Below, piece by piece: positions 41,192 to 51,257 of a stretch of DNA of 64,000 bases (positions are counted from its first letter, which is position 1; each line of letters starts with the position of its first letter). This DNA is from Candidatus Stahliibacteriota bacterium. GTDB lineage: Bacteria > Hydrothermota > Tepidihabitantia > B3-TA06. The stretch is taken from NCBI GenBank assembly GCA_004375895.1, contig SOJW01000035.1, positions 42,264 through 106,263 of the forward strand, read 5' to 3'. Position numbers and translations under genes: made by a program. The notes beneath the pieces are model-generated. The model was not told the origin of the DNA, made no database searches, and worked only from the letters and a program-made list of their open reading frames with translations.

Positions 41192-41240
41192 GGAGTGCAA
41201 CAACCGTGTTGTTGCCGCAATGACATGGTCATTGCACTCC
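41192..41240 (+). repeat. Structured repeat family copy 4
   Basis: GGAGTG-[CAACAAC cgt GTTGTTG]-ccg-[CAATGAC atg GTCATTG]-CACTCC. Confidence 0.7.
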
Positions 41241-41321
41241 ATACAACCTACGAAATCCGCGTTAATCTGCGGACGCCTATGGCGAGAACGACTGCTAAGG
41301 AGTTCTCATCTGTGGTTTATA

Positions 41322-42722
41322 TCACCATTTACCGGTCGTCAGATACTCGTGCATAGAGCGGGCGGCTTTGCGGCCTGCGCCCATGGCTAATATCACGGTG
41401 GCCGCACCGGTCACGATGTCCCCGCCGGCCCACACAGCCTTCTTGGTGGTCTTGCCGGTCTCTGCATCGGCCACGATGTAGCCCCACTTGTTAGTCTCAA
41501 GACCGGGGGTGGATGAGGGAACCAGGGGGTTGGCCCCATTGCCGATCGCCACCACCACCGTGTCCACGTCCATCTTGTACTCCGAGCCTTCGATTGGTAC
41601 CGGCCTGCGGCGGCCGGATGCGTCCGGTTCACCCAGCTCCATCTTTAAAAGCTCAACCTGCTTCACGCGCCCGGCCTCGTTGCCTATGTAGCGCACAGGG
41701 TTGACCAGGAAGTTGAATATGACCCCTTCGTCCTCGGCGTTCTCAATCTCTTCGTCACGGGCGGGCATCTCCTTGCGGCTACGGCGGTAGATGATGTGGG
41801 CCTCCTTGGCTCCTAACCGCAGGCTGGAGCGAACCGCGTCCATGGCCACGTTCCCGCCTCCTATTACTATCACACGCTCACCCACCCGGATTGGGGTGTC
41901 GTACTCAGGGAACAGATAGGCCTTCATCAGGTTGATGCGGGTAAGGTACTCGTTCGCCGAGTAGACCCCGACCAGGTTCTCGCCCGGTATGTTCATGAAC
42001 CATGGAAGCCCTGCACCCAGACCAAGGAAGCAAGCCTCGTATCCCATCTCGAAGAGCTCGTCCACCGTAGCGGTACGGCCGACCACGAAGTCAAGCTTGA
42101 GTTCCACGCCTATCTTTTCTAGTATTTCGCACTCGCGCGCCACGATCGCCTTGGGCAGACGGAACTCGGGGATGCCGTAAACCAAAACGCCGCCAGGTTT
42201 GTGCAGCGCTTCGAATAACGTTACCTTGTGTCCCAGCCTGGCCAGGTCCGCTGCCACGGTGAGTCCGCCCGGACCTGAACCGACCACCGCGACCTTGTGA
42301 CCTGTTGGCGGTGCGACCTCTGGCACAGCCATCTTGCCCTCTCTTATCTCCCAGTCGGCAACGAAGCGCTCCAACCGCCCTATTGCGACCGGCTCAAAGC
42401 GTTTAGAGAGAACACAAACTATCTCGCACTGCTCCTCCTGGGGGCAGACACGTCCGCAAACACCGGGCAGAAGGTTGGTCTCGCGTATCTTGGCCAGAGC
42501 GCTCTCGAAATCTCCTTCTGCTACGAGCTCGATGAATACGGGAATATCTATCTCCACCGGGCAGCCCTCTATACAGAAGGGCTTCTTGCACTGGATGCAG
42601 CGCTCGGCCTCCTTTTGGGCAAGTTCGGCGCTAAAGCCTAATGCCACTTCGTTGAAGTTGCGGATACGCTCTTTTGGTCTCTGCTTGGGCATCGCCTGTC
42701 GGGGTATCTTGGTATCAGGCAT
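41322..42722 (-). CDS. NADPH-dependent glutamate-synthase beta-chain-like oxidoreductase (NfnB/SudA)
   Basis: Two N-terminal Cys clusters (CIQCKKPFCIEGCP; CGRVCPQEEQCE). FAD and NAD Rossmann motifs VAVVGSGPGG, VIGGGNVAMD. Confidence 0.9.
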   Translation of the reverse strand: MPDTKIPRQAMPKQRPKERIRNFNEVALGFSAELAQKEAERCIQCKKPFCIEGCPVEIDIPVFIELVAEGDFESALAKIRETNLLPGVCGRVCPQEEQCEIVCVLSKRFEPVAIGRLERFVADWEIREGKMAVPEVAPPTGHKVAVVGSGPGGLTVAADLARLGHKVTLFEALHKPGGVLVYGIPEFRLPKAIVARECEILEKIGVELKLDFVVGRTATVDELFEMGYEACFLGLGAGLPWFMNIPGENLVGVYSANEYLTRINLMKAYLFPEYDTPIRVGERVIVIGGGNVAMDAVRSSLRLGAKEAHIIYRRSRKEMPARDEEIENAEDEGVIFNFLVNPVRYIGNEAGRVKQVELLKMELGEPDASGRRRPVPIEGSEYKMDVDTVVVAIGNGANPLVPSSTPGLETNKWGYIVADAETGKTTKKAVWAGGDIVTGAATVILAMGAGRKAARSMHEYLTTGKW

Positions 42723-43560
42723 CTTGTGCCCCTACCGCGGCCTGGTAGCGTTCGAGCGAGATCTTTTCTTCTTCCTTGAAGGAGGCCAGACGTTTTAAGA
42801 GCAGATCGAAGTTCACCTTGTGGCCGTCGAACTCCGGTCCGTGCACGCAGGCGTAGCGGGTCTCACCGCCGACCTCTACCCGGCAAACCCCACACATGCC
42901 GGTGGCATCTATCATGATTGAGTTGAGCGAGACCATCGTCTTTATGTTATAGTGGCGGGTCAAATCGCACACCGCCTTCATCATGATGGCAGGGCCTACA
43001 GCGATGATCTCGGCGATGGGACGACCTTTTTCCAGGTGATCTTTGAGTTCTGTGGTTACGAACCCTTCGCGGCCGTAGGTGCCGTCGTCGGTGGTGACGT
43101 AGACCTCGTCTGCAAAGGAGCGGAACTCCTCTTCCAGGATCACGATGTCCTTGGAGCGATAACCGAGAATGGCGATCACCTTGTTGCCCGCTTCCTTGTG
43201 CTTGCGGGCGATGGGCAGGACTTCGGCTGAGCCTACGCCGCCAGCGATGGCGAACACCTCGCCGTCAAGTTTTTCGATGGGTGTAGGATTACCAAGTGGC
43301 CCAATCACGTCGGCTATCTCGTCACCGGCATTCATTCGCCCCATCTGGAATGTAGTCTTACCCAGCTCCTGCACGTAGACGGTGATGGTTCCCGCTTGCG
43401 CGTCCGCGTCAGCGATAGTGATGGGGATGCGCTCACCCTTCTCATGCAACCGAAAGACAACGAACTGACCGGGCTGCCGCTTTTGGGCAATGATGGAAGC
43501 CTCGATTACAAAGCGATTTACCTCGGGATTTACGCGTTGGCGCTCAACGATACGGAACAT
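42715..43560 (-). CDS. Ferredoxin-NADP+ reductase-like small subunit (NfnA/SudB, PyrK family)
   Basis: FAD/NAD-binding fold and C-terminal CGVCRVEVGGETRYAC [2Fe-2S]. Translationally overlaps the NfnB-like gene. Confidence 0.85.
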   Translation of the reverse strand: MFRIVERQRVNPEVNRFVIEASIIAQKRQPGQFVVFRLHEKGERIPITIADADAQAGTITVYVQELGKTTFQMGRMNAGDEIADVIGPLGNPTPIEKLDGEVFAIAGGVGSAEVLPIARKHKEAGNKVIAILGYRSKDIVILEEEFRSFADEVYVTTDDGTYGREGFVTTELKDHLEKGRPIAEIIAVGPAIMMKAVCDLTRHYNIKTMVSLNSIMIDATGMCGVCRVEVGGETRYACVHGPEFDGHKVNFDLLLKRLASFKEEEKISLERYQAAVGAQDA

Positions 43561-43675
43561 CCAGCCTCCTTGGGGGGTTCAATTTCAAAGTTCGTGATTA
43601 TACGGGTTTGGGAAGGTGTGTCAATCAGTATGCACCCCACGAACCCGTCAGCCTTACATCGCACTCGTCACAAAA

Positions 43676-43745
43676 AAGGTGGTCAAAAGTTGGACAAAAG
43701 GTGGTCAAAAGCTACCCAAAAGTTGGACAAAAGTGGGACAGGATT
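43676..43745 (+). repeat. Iteron-like array of ~6 tandem 11-12-bp repeats (GGTGGTCAAAAG / TTGGACAAAAG)
   Basis: ggtggtcaaaagttggacaaaaggtggtcaaaagctacccaaaagttggacaaaagtgggacagg, in the divergent intergenic region. Confidence 0.6.
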
Positions 43746-43748
43746 TAA

Positions 43749-43787
43749 GGGGGTCCCCGCGGAATTGCAAAGCAATTTCGTGGGGTG
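43749..43787 (+). repeat. Conserved-stem hairpin family copy
   Basis: gggggtccccgcggaattgcaaagcaatttcgtggggtg. Confidence 0.65.
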
Positions 43788-43862
43788 TCAGTTCGTCAGG
43801 TTTCAATGGTGTTCTTCAGAAAGGGAGCTTACACTGGTTGGTAAATTCACAAAGGAGAGAAG

Positions 43863-44714
43863 ATGGGTACTAACATAAACGGATATGACGGTCATTTCAC
43901 GGGGACAAGCAAATATGGGAAATGTGTTTATAACGATCACATCACCAGAGCCCGGGCATGGCTGGCTATGAGGCTAGTTGGAGCATCCCCCAACCCCAGC
44001 GACCCTTGTCCTGTTGACGAGAGGGATGTGAAGACAGATTTCCCCCTCTCATACAAAGGGCAACCAAACCCCGACGACTGGACCAATCCGACAAAAACGG
44101 AAAACGGCAAAAAGGTAGTTGTCTATCCTCTGAAGCACCTTAACTCAAGCTTCAGGGAATGGGAAAATCATCTATGTATATCGAGTGGGGACTACCGCAT
44201 CACAAACGAAACAAATGATCTGAAGTTTGCCACAGCAAACGGAATGATTCGCAGCCCGAAGATTTACATCTCCGGGTACTGTGCGGCACTTGCCGTTATA
44301 CGTGCAGGGATCATGCACGAGGTATACGAGATGCGTGTAGGGAGCAAGTACGCATATTATAATCTGCGTTTCCAGGGTGGGAGTGCTCCATGTCATACGA
44401 ACGCGGGGGATCGCGAAAAAAAGGTTACTACTTTTGAGGATCCTTCCGAGACCATGATGCGCAAATCGAACACTGAACTCTGCAGATACGAACTGGAAGT
44501 AATCTGCGACAAGATTAAGGAACAGGAAGGCAGGGAAGACTGGTTTTACAGGAAGTGTACGGCTATCGCCGAGGAGATAAGGAACACCAATCACAAGTAC
44601 ATACCTGGGTATTGTGAGATATACGTTCGGCAAGCTTATCAGAATCCTCGTCAATCTCAAATAGGCAAGTTCTTCGAGGAGGCAAAGAGGAGGAGGATAC
44701 GGTTTTCGCATTGA
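43863..44714 (+). CDS. Hypothetical Cys-rich protein
   Basis: 283-aa ORF. Visibly lower GC than its neighbours. No signal peptide or recognisable domain. Confidence 0.45.
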   Translation: MGTNINGYDGHFTGTSKYGKCVYNDHITRARAWLAMRLVGASPNPSDPCPVDERDVKTDFPLSYKGQPNPDDWTNPTKTENGKKVVVYPLKHLNSSFREWENHLCISSGDYRITNETNDLKFATANGMIRSPKIYISGYCAALAVIRAGIMHEVYEMRVGSKYAYYNLRFQGGSAPCHTNAGDREKKVTTFEDPSETMMRKSNTELCRYELEVICDKIKEQEGREDWFYRKCTAIAEEIRNTNHKYIPGYCEIYVRQAYQNPRQSQIGKFFEEAKRRRIRFSH

Positions 44715-44744
44715 CAAAGGTTTACTTTCGACTATTATCTACGT

Positions 44745-46304
44745 ATGCGAGAGGGTAGAGCATGCGCCTTGAGTTTTATCTTAATCTGTCTTGCAAGTTG
44801 CGGTCGTTCCTCCAAGCAAGAGACCAGCCTGCCGCTTGTGCTTTCCATCTCTGTGGACGGCGGGTTCAACGAATACTTCGACCTCACTGATAGTCTGCTT
44901 TATGGTGTTCGATTGGTTCAAACGGACAACGAAGAGTTTGGACTTATGCTTCGCCGGTTCTCACTGGCAGATTCAGGCATCTGCGACACACAGGTTTTTC
45001 CTTGTCCCTGCAAGGACTCCTCGGACTGGTTTTTCTATCCCGGCTTGCGGTTTGAGGTCAAATTATACGCCTCGGATCGCTACTTTGAACGCCTGCCGCA
45101 TCGAGGCTGGAAGCTTTTCCCCGTACCGCTGGGGGATACCTCAAATATGCTTTATCGGGGTGAAGTAATATCGTTCGTTCAGGATTATGTCTCTCAAGAA
45201 TCCTTCCAGAGCACTTTGCGCAGACGTTGGGAACATTTCTATATAATAGACATACACTCTGCGATCCCCCGAACAGTCGCCTGCGTCGAAGGAGAGGTTG
45301 TGGACGTTGCCGACCCATACCTTCTTTTACTATCAGGTTACGGTTACACCAATCAGTGTAACCGGGAAGTGGAGCCTACCCCAAGATACGTTCAAGGTTG
45401 CGAACTTATCCTTATAGATATGCGAGACATGCACGAGCTAGGACGTTTACCGGTAACGCTTGAAAACGACGCATGGGAGATATGGTATAGAGCCTGCTTG
45501 ACCCCTGACCATAAGCTGCTTTACACGGAGATGGTTGAGTGGCCTGAAGGCTGGCGTTATTTCCCAGGGATCGATAAGTTGGTTTCCGAAGAAGAGGTCT
45601 GGACTTCTGCCTGGTATAGATTCTTGGACGATTTTCCAGTGTTGCGATACTACATCCTGGAGCAGAGATCCGTGTTCATCTGGGACATTGACTCTGCAGA
45701 CGTATCCCGCAGCGAACTTCTTCTCCCTCTCGATGCGTTTAGCCCTTCTACCGGAAGATGTCTTGATAATGAGGGCAGGACTATATTCATCTCTCACCTG
45801 CAAGGCTGGGGATTTCACATATTCGAATACAAACCATCGTTCGTTCAGGTCCCAGCGATCTCTGATCTTTCCAGCACCCCTGAGGAACTCGGCTGGTGCA
45901 GAAAATTTGTACCCCCACTTTACAGAAGATTGTATTGGATGCTCTCGCCTGAAAGACGATGGCTGGCGGTGAGTACTGGCAGGGACGAGATAGTCCTTCT
46001 GCCAGCGTGTGAGCTTGCCGATCCCGAACTTAAAAGAAAGAAATTCCCAAAGATAAAATCGAATACGGTTGTGTATATAGATTTCGCACCCGGCGAGGAT
46101 TGGGTTCTTACAGGGAACCGTCCAGGTGCCGTTCCCCTTCTTTACGCCTGCGGTCAAGACAACCCTCCAATCTCTCTGCTTTCATCAAATGAGATAGACT
46201 TCCAGGAGGCCTTTTTCTCGCCCGACGGAAAGCATGTAGGTTACATCTGCCGTTTAGAAGGCGAGAACTACTATCGCCTTCAGGTACGCCGCCTCCCCCC
46301 GTAA
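44745..46304 (+). CDS. Hypothetical lipoprotein (519 aa)
   Basis: Lipobox ICLASC. Stop codon TAA lies inside a CCCCCCGTAACAC repeat. Confidence 0.5.
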   Translation: MREGRACALSFILICLASCGRSSKQETSLPLVLSISVDGGFNEYFDLTDSLLYGVRLVQTDNEEFGLMLRRFSLADSGICDTQVFPCPCKDSSDWFFYPGLRFEVKLYASDRYFERLPHRGWKLFPVPLGDTSNMLYRGEVISFVQDYVSQESFQSTLRRRWEHFYIIDIHSAIPRTVACVEGEVVDVADPYLLLLSGYGYTNQCNREVEPTPRYVQGCELILIDMRDMHELGRLPVTLENDAWEIWYRACLTPDHKLLYTEMVEWPEGWRYFPGIDKLVSEEEVWTSAWYRFLDDFPVLRYYILEQRSVFIWDIDSADVSRSELLLPLDAFSPSTGRCLDNEGRTIFISHLQGWGFHIFEYKPSFVQVPAISDLSSTPEELGWCRKFVPPLYRRLYWMLSPERRWLAVSTGRDEIVLLPACELADPELKRKKFPKIKSNTVVYIDFAPGEDWVLTGNRPGAVPLLYACGQDNPPISLLSSNEIDFQEAFFSPDGKHVGYICRLEGENYYRLQVRRLPP

Positions 46305-46491
46305 CACACACTCTTTGAGTCTTCGAGGGTGTAAGAACCTTGACTCTATGCTCCTCGTCGAATACAATCAAGGTAGAAATAACCACGGATTGCACAGATT
46401 TCACTGATTCAAGGATTCTAAATAAATCTGAGTAATCTGTGTAATCTGCGGTTTCACTTGACTAGTGCTTTATCGTCTACTACAATAGGGT

Positions 46492-47481
46492 ATGCGAATA
46501 GGAATCATCGGAGCCACCGGGCTGGTTGGGCGAACGACCTTGAAGATACTTGAAGAGAGGGGGTTTCCGGCATCGGAGCTTATCCTGTTTGCATCACAGC
46601 GCAGTGCGGGCGAGAAGATTCCCTTCAAGGGGAGCCAGGTGGAGGTGATGCCCATCAGTGATAACTGGGACCTTCTGGCCGATATATTCTTCTGCTCGGT
46701 TGCAGACGATGTGGCACAGGAACTGCTGAAGGACTACAAGGGCGAGGCATGGATCATAGATAAGTCCAAGGTGTTCCGGCTCGATCCAAAAGTTCCGCTG
46801 GTGGTACCCGAGGTAAACTGGGACGCGGTTGAGCGCTTGGACTCAAAGATCGTCGCCAACCCCAACTGCACCACCATCCCCTTCGTCATGGCCATGGCCG
46901 CTATCCGCAAGACGGCAAGACCTGAAAGGACGGTTGTTACATCACTTCAGTCCGCGTCCGGCGCGGGCAAGGCGGCGCTCGAAGAGCTGCGTCTGCAGCG
47001 AGAATATGTGACCGCAGGAGAGAAGATGCCTGAAGACGCAAGAGAGGTCTTCGGACCTACCCTTGCTGCCAACCTTATACCGCAGATCGGATCGTTTGAT
47101 AAGGCAGGCGAGGCATCCGAGGAGCGCAAGCTGAGAGATGAGTCGAGGAAAATCTTAGGAGACGAAACGTTATCTATCCATGCTACCTGTGTGCGGGTAC
47201 CGGTCGAGGTGGGACACTCACTTTCGGTGACATGCGTGTTCCAAGAGGAAGTGGGTTTGAAGGCAATCAAGAAGTCTATAGAGTCGTTCCCAGGCATCAA
47301 GATGATGGAAGGAGACGAGCTTATCACCCCCCTAGATGTTGCCGGAAAAGACGAGGTGTTCTGCGCAAGACTTCGGCACGATCCGATGGATAAGAAGGTT
47401 ATCCACCTCTGGCTCGTCACCGATAACCTTCGCAAGGGGGCTGCGCTGAACGCCGTGCAGATAGCCGAAAGTCTTATCTAG
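46492..47481 (+). CDS. asd: Aspartate-semialdehyde dehydrogenase
   Basis: MRIGIIGATGLVGR..., catalytic Cys in NPNCTTI. Confidence 0.9.
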   Translation: MRIGIIGATGLVGRTTLKILEERGFPASELILFASQRSAGEKIPFKGSQVEVMPISDNWDLLADIFFCSVADDVAQELLKDYKGEAWIIDKSKVFRLDPKVPLVVPEVNWDAVERLDSKIVANPNCTTIPFVMAMAAIRKTARPERTVVTSLQSASGAGKAALEELRLQREYVTAGEKMPEDAREVFGPTLAANLIPQIGSFDKAGEASEERKLRDESRKILGDETLSIHATCVRVPVEVGHSLSVTCVFQEEVGLKAIKKSIESFPGIKMMEGDELITPLDVAGKDEVFCARLRHDPMDKKVIHLWLVTDNLRKGAALNAVQIAESLI

Positions 47482-47563
47482 CCATCCAACCATTACCAAT
47501 TTACCCGTTATACAGCGTTTGCCCTATTGACACCTTTCTTTTCTTACGGTATATTTTTTATCC

Positions 47564-48526
47564 ATGTGGCTCGAGCGTGTCAAAAAAGCCCTTTCGGGGC
47601 GGATTTCCATTCTTATTGATGCCGGAAACCGCAACAAGGTAAGACGAATTGCCGCGCCCAGGTGGCTTTGCGCAACGATTTCTCTCCTCGTGATCTCGCT
47701 CGTAGTCGGTTTAGGTACTTATGGCCTGAAAAGTACGTTCTTCCACAACAAATTAAGCCGCCTGGAACGAGAAAATCAAGAGGTCCTGCGGCGATTTGCG
47801 GGTCTTGAAAAATCCACTGACTCTTTGACAACATTACTGGCTTACATGGACCGGCACGACATCCAACTCCGCATCCGGAAAGGTTTGGAAGTATTACCTG
47901 CAGATGTCCGCGAACTCGGTGTCGGTGGCTCTGTAATGAAAGGTCCTGAGATCACAGCCTTGCGTGAGATGAATAGCCCGTACTACTCTGACGTCAACAG
48001 AATCTCCGAAGAGATTGATGCACTACAGCGCAAAGCGAACTACCAAGCTGAAAGCTTTTCAGAGGTAGAAACCAAGCTCTTAAAGGACACCGAGATGTGG
48101 GATCACACCCCTTCGATCGTTCCCACCAGAGGTCGGTTCAGCGGCAAGTTCGGCTACCGCCGCGACCCGATCCTTGGCATCCGTAAGATGCACTGCGGGG
48201 TGGACATAACCAACAAGATTGAAACCCCTGTGATTGCTGCAGCAGACGGCGTGGTCTCGTTTGCCGGACGTCTTGCCGGATACGGCAACATGGTGAAGAT
48301 AAACCATGGTTACGAGATCCAGACGATCTACGCTCATCTCTCCGAGATCTATGTCGAGGTCGGTCAGGAGATCAAAAGATACGAAATAATTGCAGCCATA
48401 GGCAACACCGGCAGAACCGTAGGCCCGCACCTGCACTACGAGGTACGCGTGGCGGGCAAAACAGTCAACCCCGAAGGCTACTTCCTTGACGCCGAAGAAA
48501 ACCTGATCCAATACCCTATGCCTTAG
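47564..48526 (+). CDS. M23-family (LytM) peptidase with an N-terminal TM segment and coiled coil
   Basis: HCGVDI...AAADGVV...GNTGRTVGPHLHYEVR. Confidence 0.85.
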   Translation: MWLERVKKALSGRISILIDAGNRNKVRRIAAPRWLCATISLLVISLVVGLGTYGLKSTFFHNKLSRLERENQEVLRRFAGLEKSTDSLTTLLAYMDRHDIQLRIRKGLEVLPADVRELGVGGSVMKGPEITALREMNSPYYSDVNRISEEIDALQRKANYQAESFSEVETKLLKDTEMWDHTPSIVPTRGRFSGKFGYRRDPILGIRKMHCGVDITNKIETPVIAAADGVVSFAGRLAGYGNMVKINHGYEIQTIYAHLSEIYVEVGQEIKRYEIIAAIGNTGRTVGPHLHYEVRVAGKTVNPEGYFLDAEENLIQYPMP

Positions 48527-48530
48527 AGTT

Positions 48531-48575
48531 CCCCCCGTAACACCACAACACCGCAACACCGTAACACCGATTCCC
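48531..48575 (+). repeat. CCCCCCGTAACAC-(CACAACAC CGCAACAC CGTAACAC) 8-bp tandem repeats directly after the peptidase stop
   Basis: tag agtt ccccccgtaacaccacaacaccgcaacaccgtaacacc. Confidence 0.75.
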
Positions 48576-48753
48576 GTGTAAACGACTACTTTTTGCCGAC
48601 CGCAGAAAGTGAATAACTCAAATTGTGAAAAATCGGCAACCGACTAAATTCTATCAAAACGATAGCCTTTTGTGAATCCTTGATTGTGAAGGGTCTGTGA
48701 AATAGACTATTTAGCTCTTGACAACATACTCGGTTTGCTATATACTTATTGTG

Positions 48754-49707
48754 ATGTTCAAGCGTGTCATCTCCTGGCTGTTCAAGCGTATCAACTTCTT
48801 AATTGATGGGGGACCACGCGGTAAAGTAACGCGGCTGGCAATACCACGATGGGGATTATTGTCGGTTGCGGTCGCTTTCAGCCTCCTTATAGGCTTCGCA
48901 GGCCTCTTCATAACCTCTCGTGCCACGGAACAAATCGACTACGATAAACTGACCCGTCTTGAAGAAAACAATAAGCTCCTCGAGATTCAGTACCAACAGC
49001 TCAATGAACAGATCGATTCACTCAAGACCCTGCTTGTCCTACTTGGTAAGCACGACCTCCAACTTCGCGTCCAAGCCAATATGAGGGTCCTGCCGGAGGA
49101 TGTTCGCGAACTCGGCGTGGGCGGAGAAAAGAAAAAGGATAGGGAGCTGCTGGCATTAGAGCAGATAAAAAGCAAACAATATCAGGATGTAACCGAGATA
49201 TCCAACACCGTTGACGAACTCCTGCGCAAGGCAAAATATCAGAAGGAAAGCTTTGCAAATATCGGGGAGAAACTCAAGAAAAACAAGAATCTTCGAGATC
49301 ACACCCCATCGATTCGGCCTTGCAACGGCTGGCAGTGTAGTGGATTCGGTTACCGTATAGATCCCTTTACCAAGCGCCCAAGGATGCACAACGGCGTTGA
49401 CATCTCGAACGCTCCGGGAACACCTATCGTGGCGACCGCCGATGGGGTGATTTCATATATAGGTGCGCGTTCCGGTTACGGCCTGTGCATCAAGCTGGAT
49501 CACGGTAACGAGATCGAAACGTTCTATGCTCACGTGGGAGGTATATATGTAAAGCCGGGTGAGGAGGTATTACGCGGCCAGGTGATAGCAGTCATGGGAG
49601 CAACCGGACGCACAACAGGCACCCATCTGCACTACGAGGTAAGGGTAGGGGGTAAAGCGGTTAACCCGCTCAACTACATCATCGACGAAAGCGAATTCAG
49701 TTTCTAA
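48754..49707 (+). CDS. M23-family peptidase, tandem paralog
   Basis: HNGVDI...ATADGVI...GATGRTTGTHLHYEVR. A TTGACA-17-TATACT promoter at 48718-48746 makes the ATG at 48754 near-leaderless, so the start is uncertain. Confidence 0.75.
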   Translation: MFKRVISWLFKRINFLIDGGPRGKVTRLAIPRWGLLSVAVAFSLLIGFAGLFITSRATEQIDYDKLTRLEENNKLLEIQYQQLNEQIDSLKTLLVLLGKHDLQLRVQANMRVLPEDVRELGVGGEKKKDRELLALEQIKSKQYQDVTEISNTVDELLRKAKYQKESFANIGEKLKKNKNLRDHTPSIRPCNGWQCSGFGYRIDPFTKRPRMHNGVDISNAPGTPIVATADGVISYIGARSGYGLCIKLDHGNEIETFYAHVGGIYVKPGEEVLRGQVIAVMGATGRTTGTHLHYEVRVGGKAVNPLNYIIDESEFSF

Positions 49708-49711
49708 TCCG

Positions 49712-50347
49712 GTGCCTCGCTCAAAATCTTCCCTAAACACTGGAACACCCAAAAAGAAGGCAAGGAAAAGGGACGGACCTGCTTTGCAGGATCCAAAAGA
49801 ATCCCTAAACGAACGCCCAGCAAAAAAGTGGCAATGGGCATCCTGGAGGCAGTGGGTAAGAGCAGCGATTGCGATGGCCGCTGTTTTGCTACTGGATCAG
49901 ATCTCCAAGGTGCTTATCGTAGCCAACCTCGATCTTAATGAGTGGGTGACGTGGATCGATCCCGTGTTGAAGGTAACCCACGCCCACAACTACCGCGGGA
50001 TATTCAGCCTCTCCTTCGGCCCTCAGTGGCTTTACATAATCCTGCCGATGGTTGCGGTTGGATTTGTTATCTACCTTCTGCTTCGTCCGCAGCCTAAGTT
50101 TGTTACGGTACTTCTGGGACTGATCCTTGGCGGAGGCTTCGGCAACTTCATAGACCGAGTAAGACTGGGGTACGTGATTGACTGGATAAGCATGGGGGTT
50201 CGCACCTGGCGCTGGGCTACCTACAACATAGCCGACAGTTCCATAGTCATAGCTGTGATAATCCTCTTGATCACGGAGTTCTTCTTCACGAGACCCAAGA
50301 AGAAAGACGAACCCGAAGAAGCCGACCTCGAAGCAGAAAAGCCCTGA
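49712..50347 (+). CDS. lspA: Lipoprotein signal peptidase II, with an unusually long basic N-terminal extension or a mis-called start
   Basis: FGNFIDRVRLGYVIDWIS...YNIADSSIV. The true start may lie near 49874 or be a non-ATG codon. Confidence 0.75.
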   Translation: MPRSKSSLNTGTPKKKARKRDGPALQDPKESLNERPAKKWQWASWRQWVRAAIAMAAVLLLDQISKVLIVANLDLNEWVTWIDPVLKVTHAHNYRGIFSLSFGPQWLYIILPMVAVGFVIYLLLRPQPKFVTVLLGLILGGGFGNFIDRVRLGYVIDWISMGVRTWRWATYNIADSSIVIAVIILLITEFFFTRPKKKDEPEEADLEAEKP

Positions 50348-50898
50348 GACCCCTACCTCATCAACACAACCTTAACGGTGTGACCTTCTTCACCACCTCA
50401 AACCTGATCAAGTAAACCCCGGTCGAAACCCGCTCCCCTACATCGTCGGAGCCGTCCGCCGTTCCAAGCAGCTCCCAGTTTTTGCCTCTCCCGTGCAGTG
50501 CGGAATGATGGAAGCCTTATCTAAAGCAACGAGTTATGTCCGAGACACATCCACGTTCGACTTAACAGTTGTTCTTTGTCACCAATATCCTGAAGAACCA
50601 ACTCAGATTACCGCAGTTGCCCGCATCTATTTAGAGGTTCCTGTTCTTATGACCACAGAAAAATGTCCATGGTCAACACATCGTTGCCAAGCAAGAGGGG
50701 ATTGAGATCGTCGAGAAGGAGGGGGGGATGAAGCTTTCATCAATGTGAGTGTAACCCCGGTAACCATCTCCCCGCGCACGACCCCCCCCTTGACATTCAT
50801 GGATTCCCGCCTTATTATCCTCCAGATAGAGCCCTACGAGGTTTGTCTCGGAAATTTGGGAAGTTAGAAAAAAACAAACCGAATAGGAGCTTTTGCTC

Positions 50899-50926
50899 TT
50901 GACAAACTTTTGTCTGGCTCTATAAT
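50899..50926 (+). promoter_or_regulatory. TTGACA-16-TATAAT promoter for the lipoprotein gene
   Basis: Perfect hexamers, with RBS aaaggagg before the ATG at 50959. Confidence 0.65.
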
Positions 50927-50958
50927 ACTCGCACATGATTAAATTAAAGGAGGTGCAA

Positions 50959-51249
50959 ATGCACAAGCGACTTATCGTACTGGGTGTGCTGGTCGTCTTC
51001 GGACTTGGCTTGCTTGCGGGTTGCGGAGCCTCCAAGCAGTTAATCGCTGAGATGGAAGCCGCGTGTCAAGCAGCGGACGATGCCGAAGCCAGGCTTGCCA
51101 GCCTTGAGTCGCAGCTCCAAACTCTTCAGTCTGATAAAGCCGAAAAAGAGGCCCGCATCCAGGAACTAGAAGAAACGATCGCCGAGCTTGAGAGCGCTAA
51201 GCCATCCCGTGGTGAAGGCGGCAAGCCCGCGCGAGCCACAGTAAAGTAG
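50959..51249 (+). CDS. Small coiled-coil lipoprotein (Lpp-like architecture)
   Basis: Lipobox LLAGC followed by heptad-rich LASLESQLQTLQSDKAEKEARIQELEETIAELE. Confidence 0.55.
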   Translation: MHKRLIVLGVLVVFGLGLLAGCGASKQLIAEMEAACQAADDAEARLASLESQLQTLQSDKAEKEARIQELEETIAELESAKPSRGEGGKPARATVK

Positions 51250-51257
51250 GAGGACCC

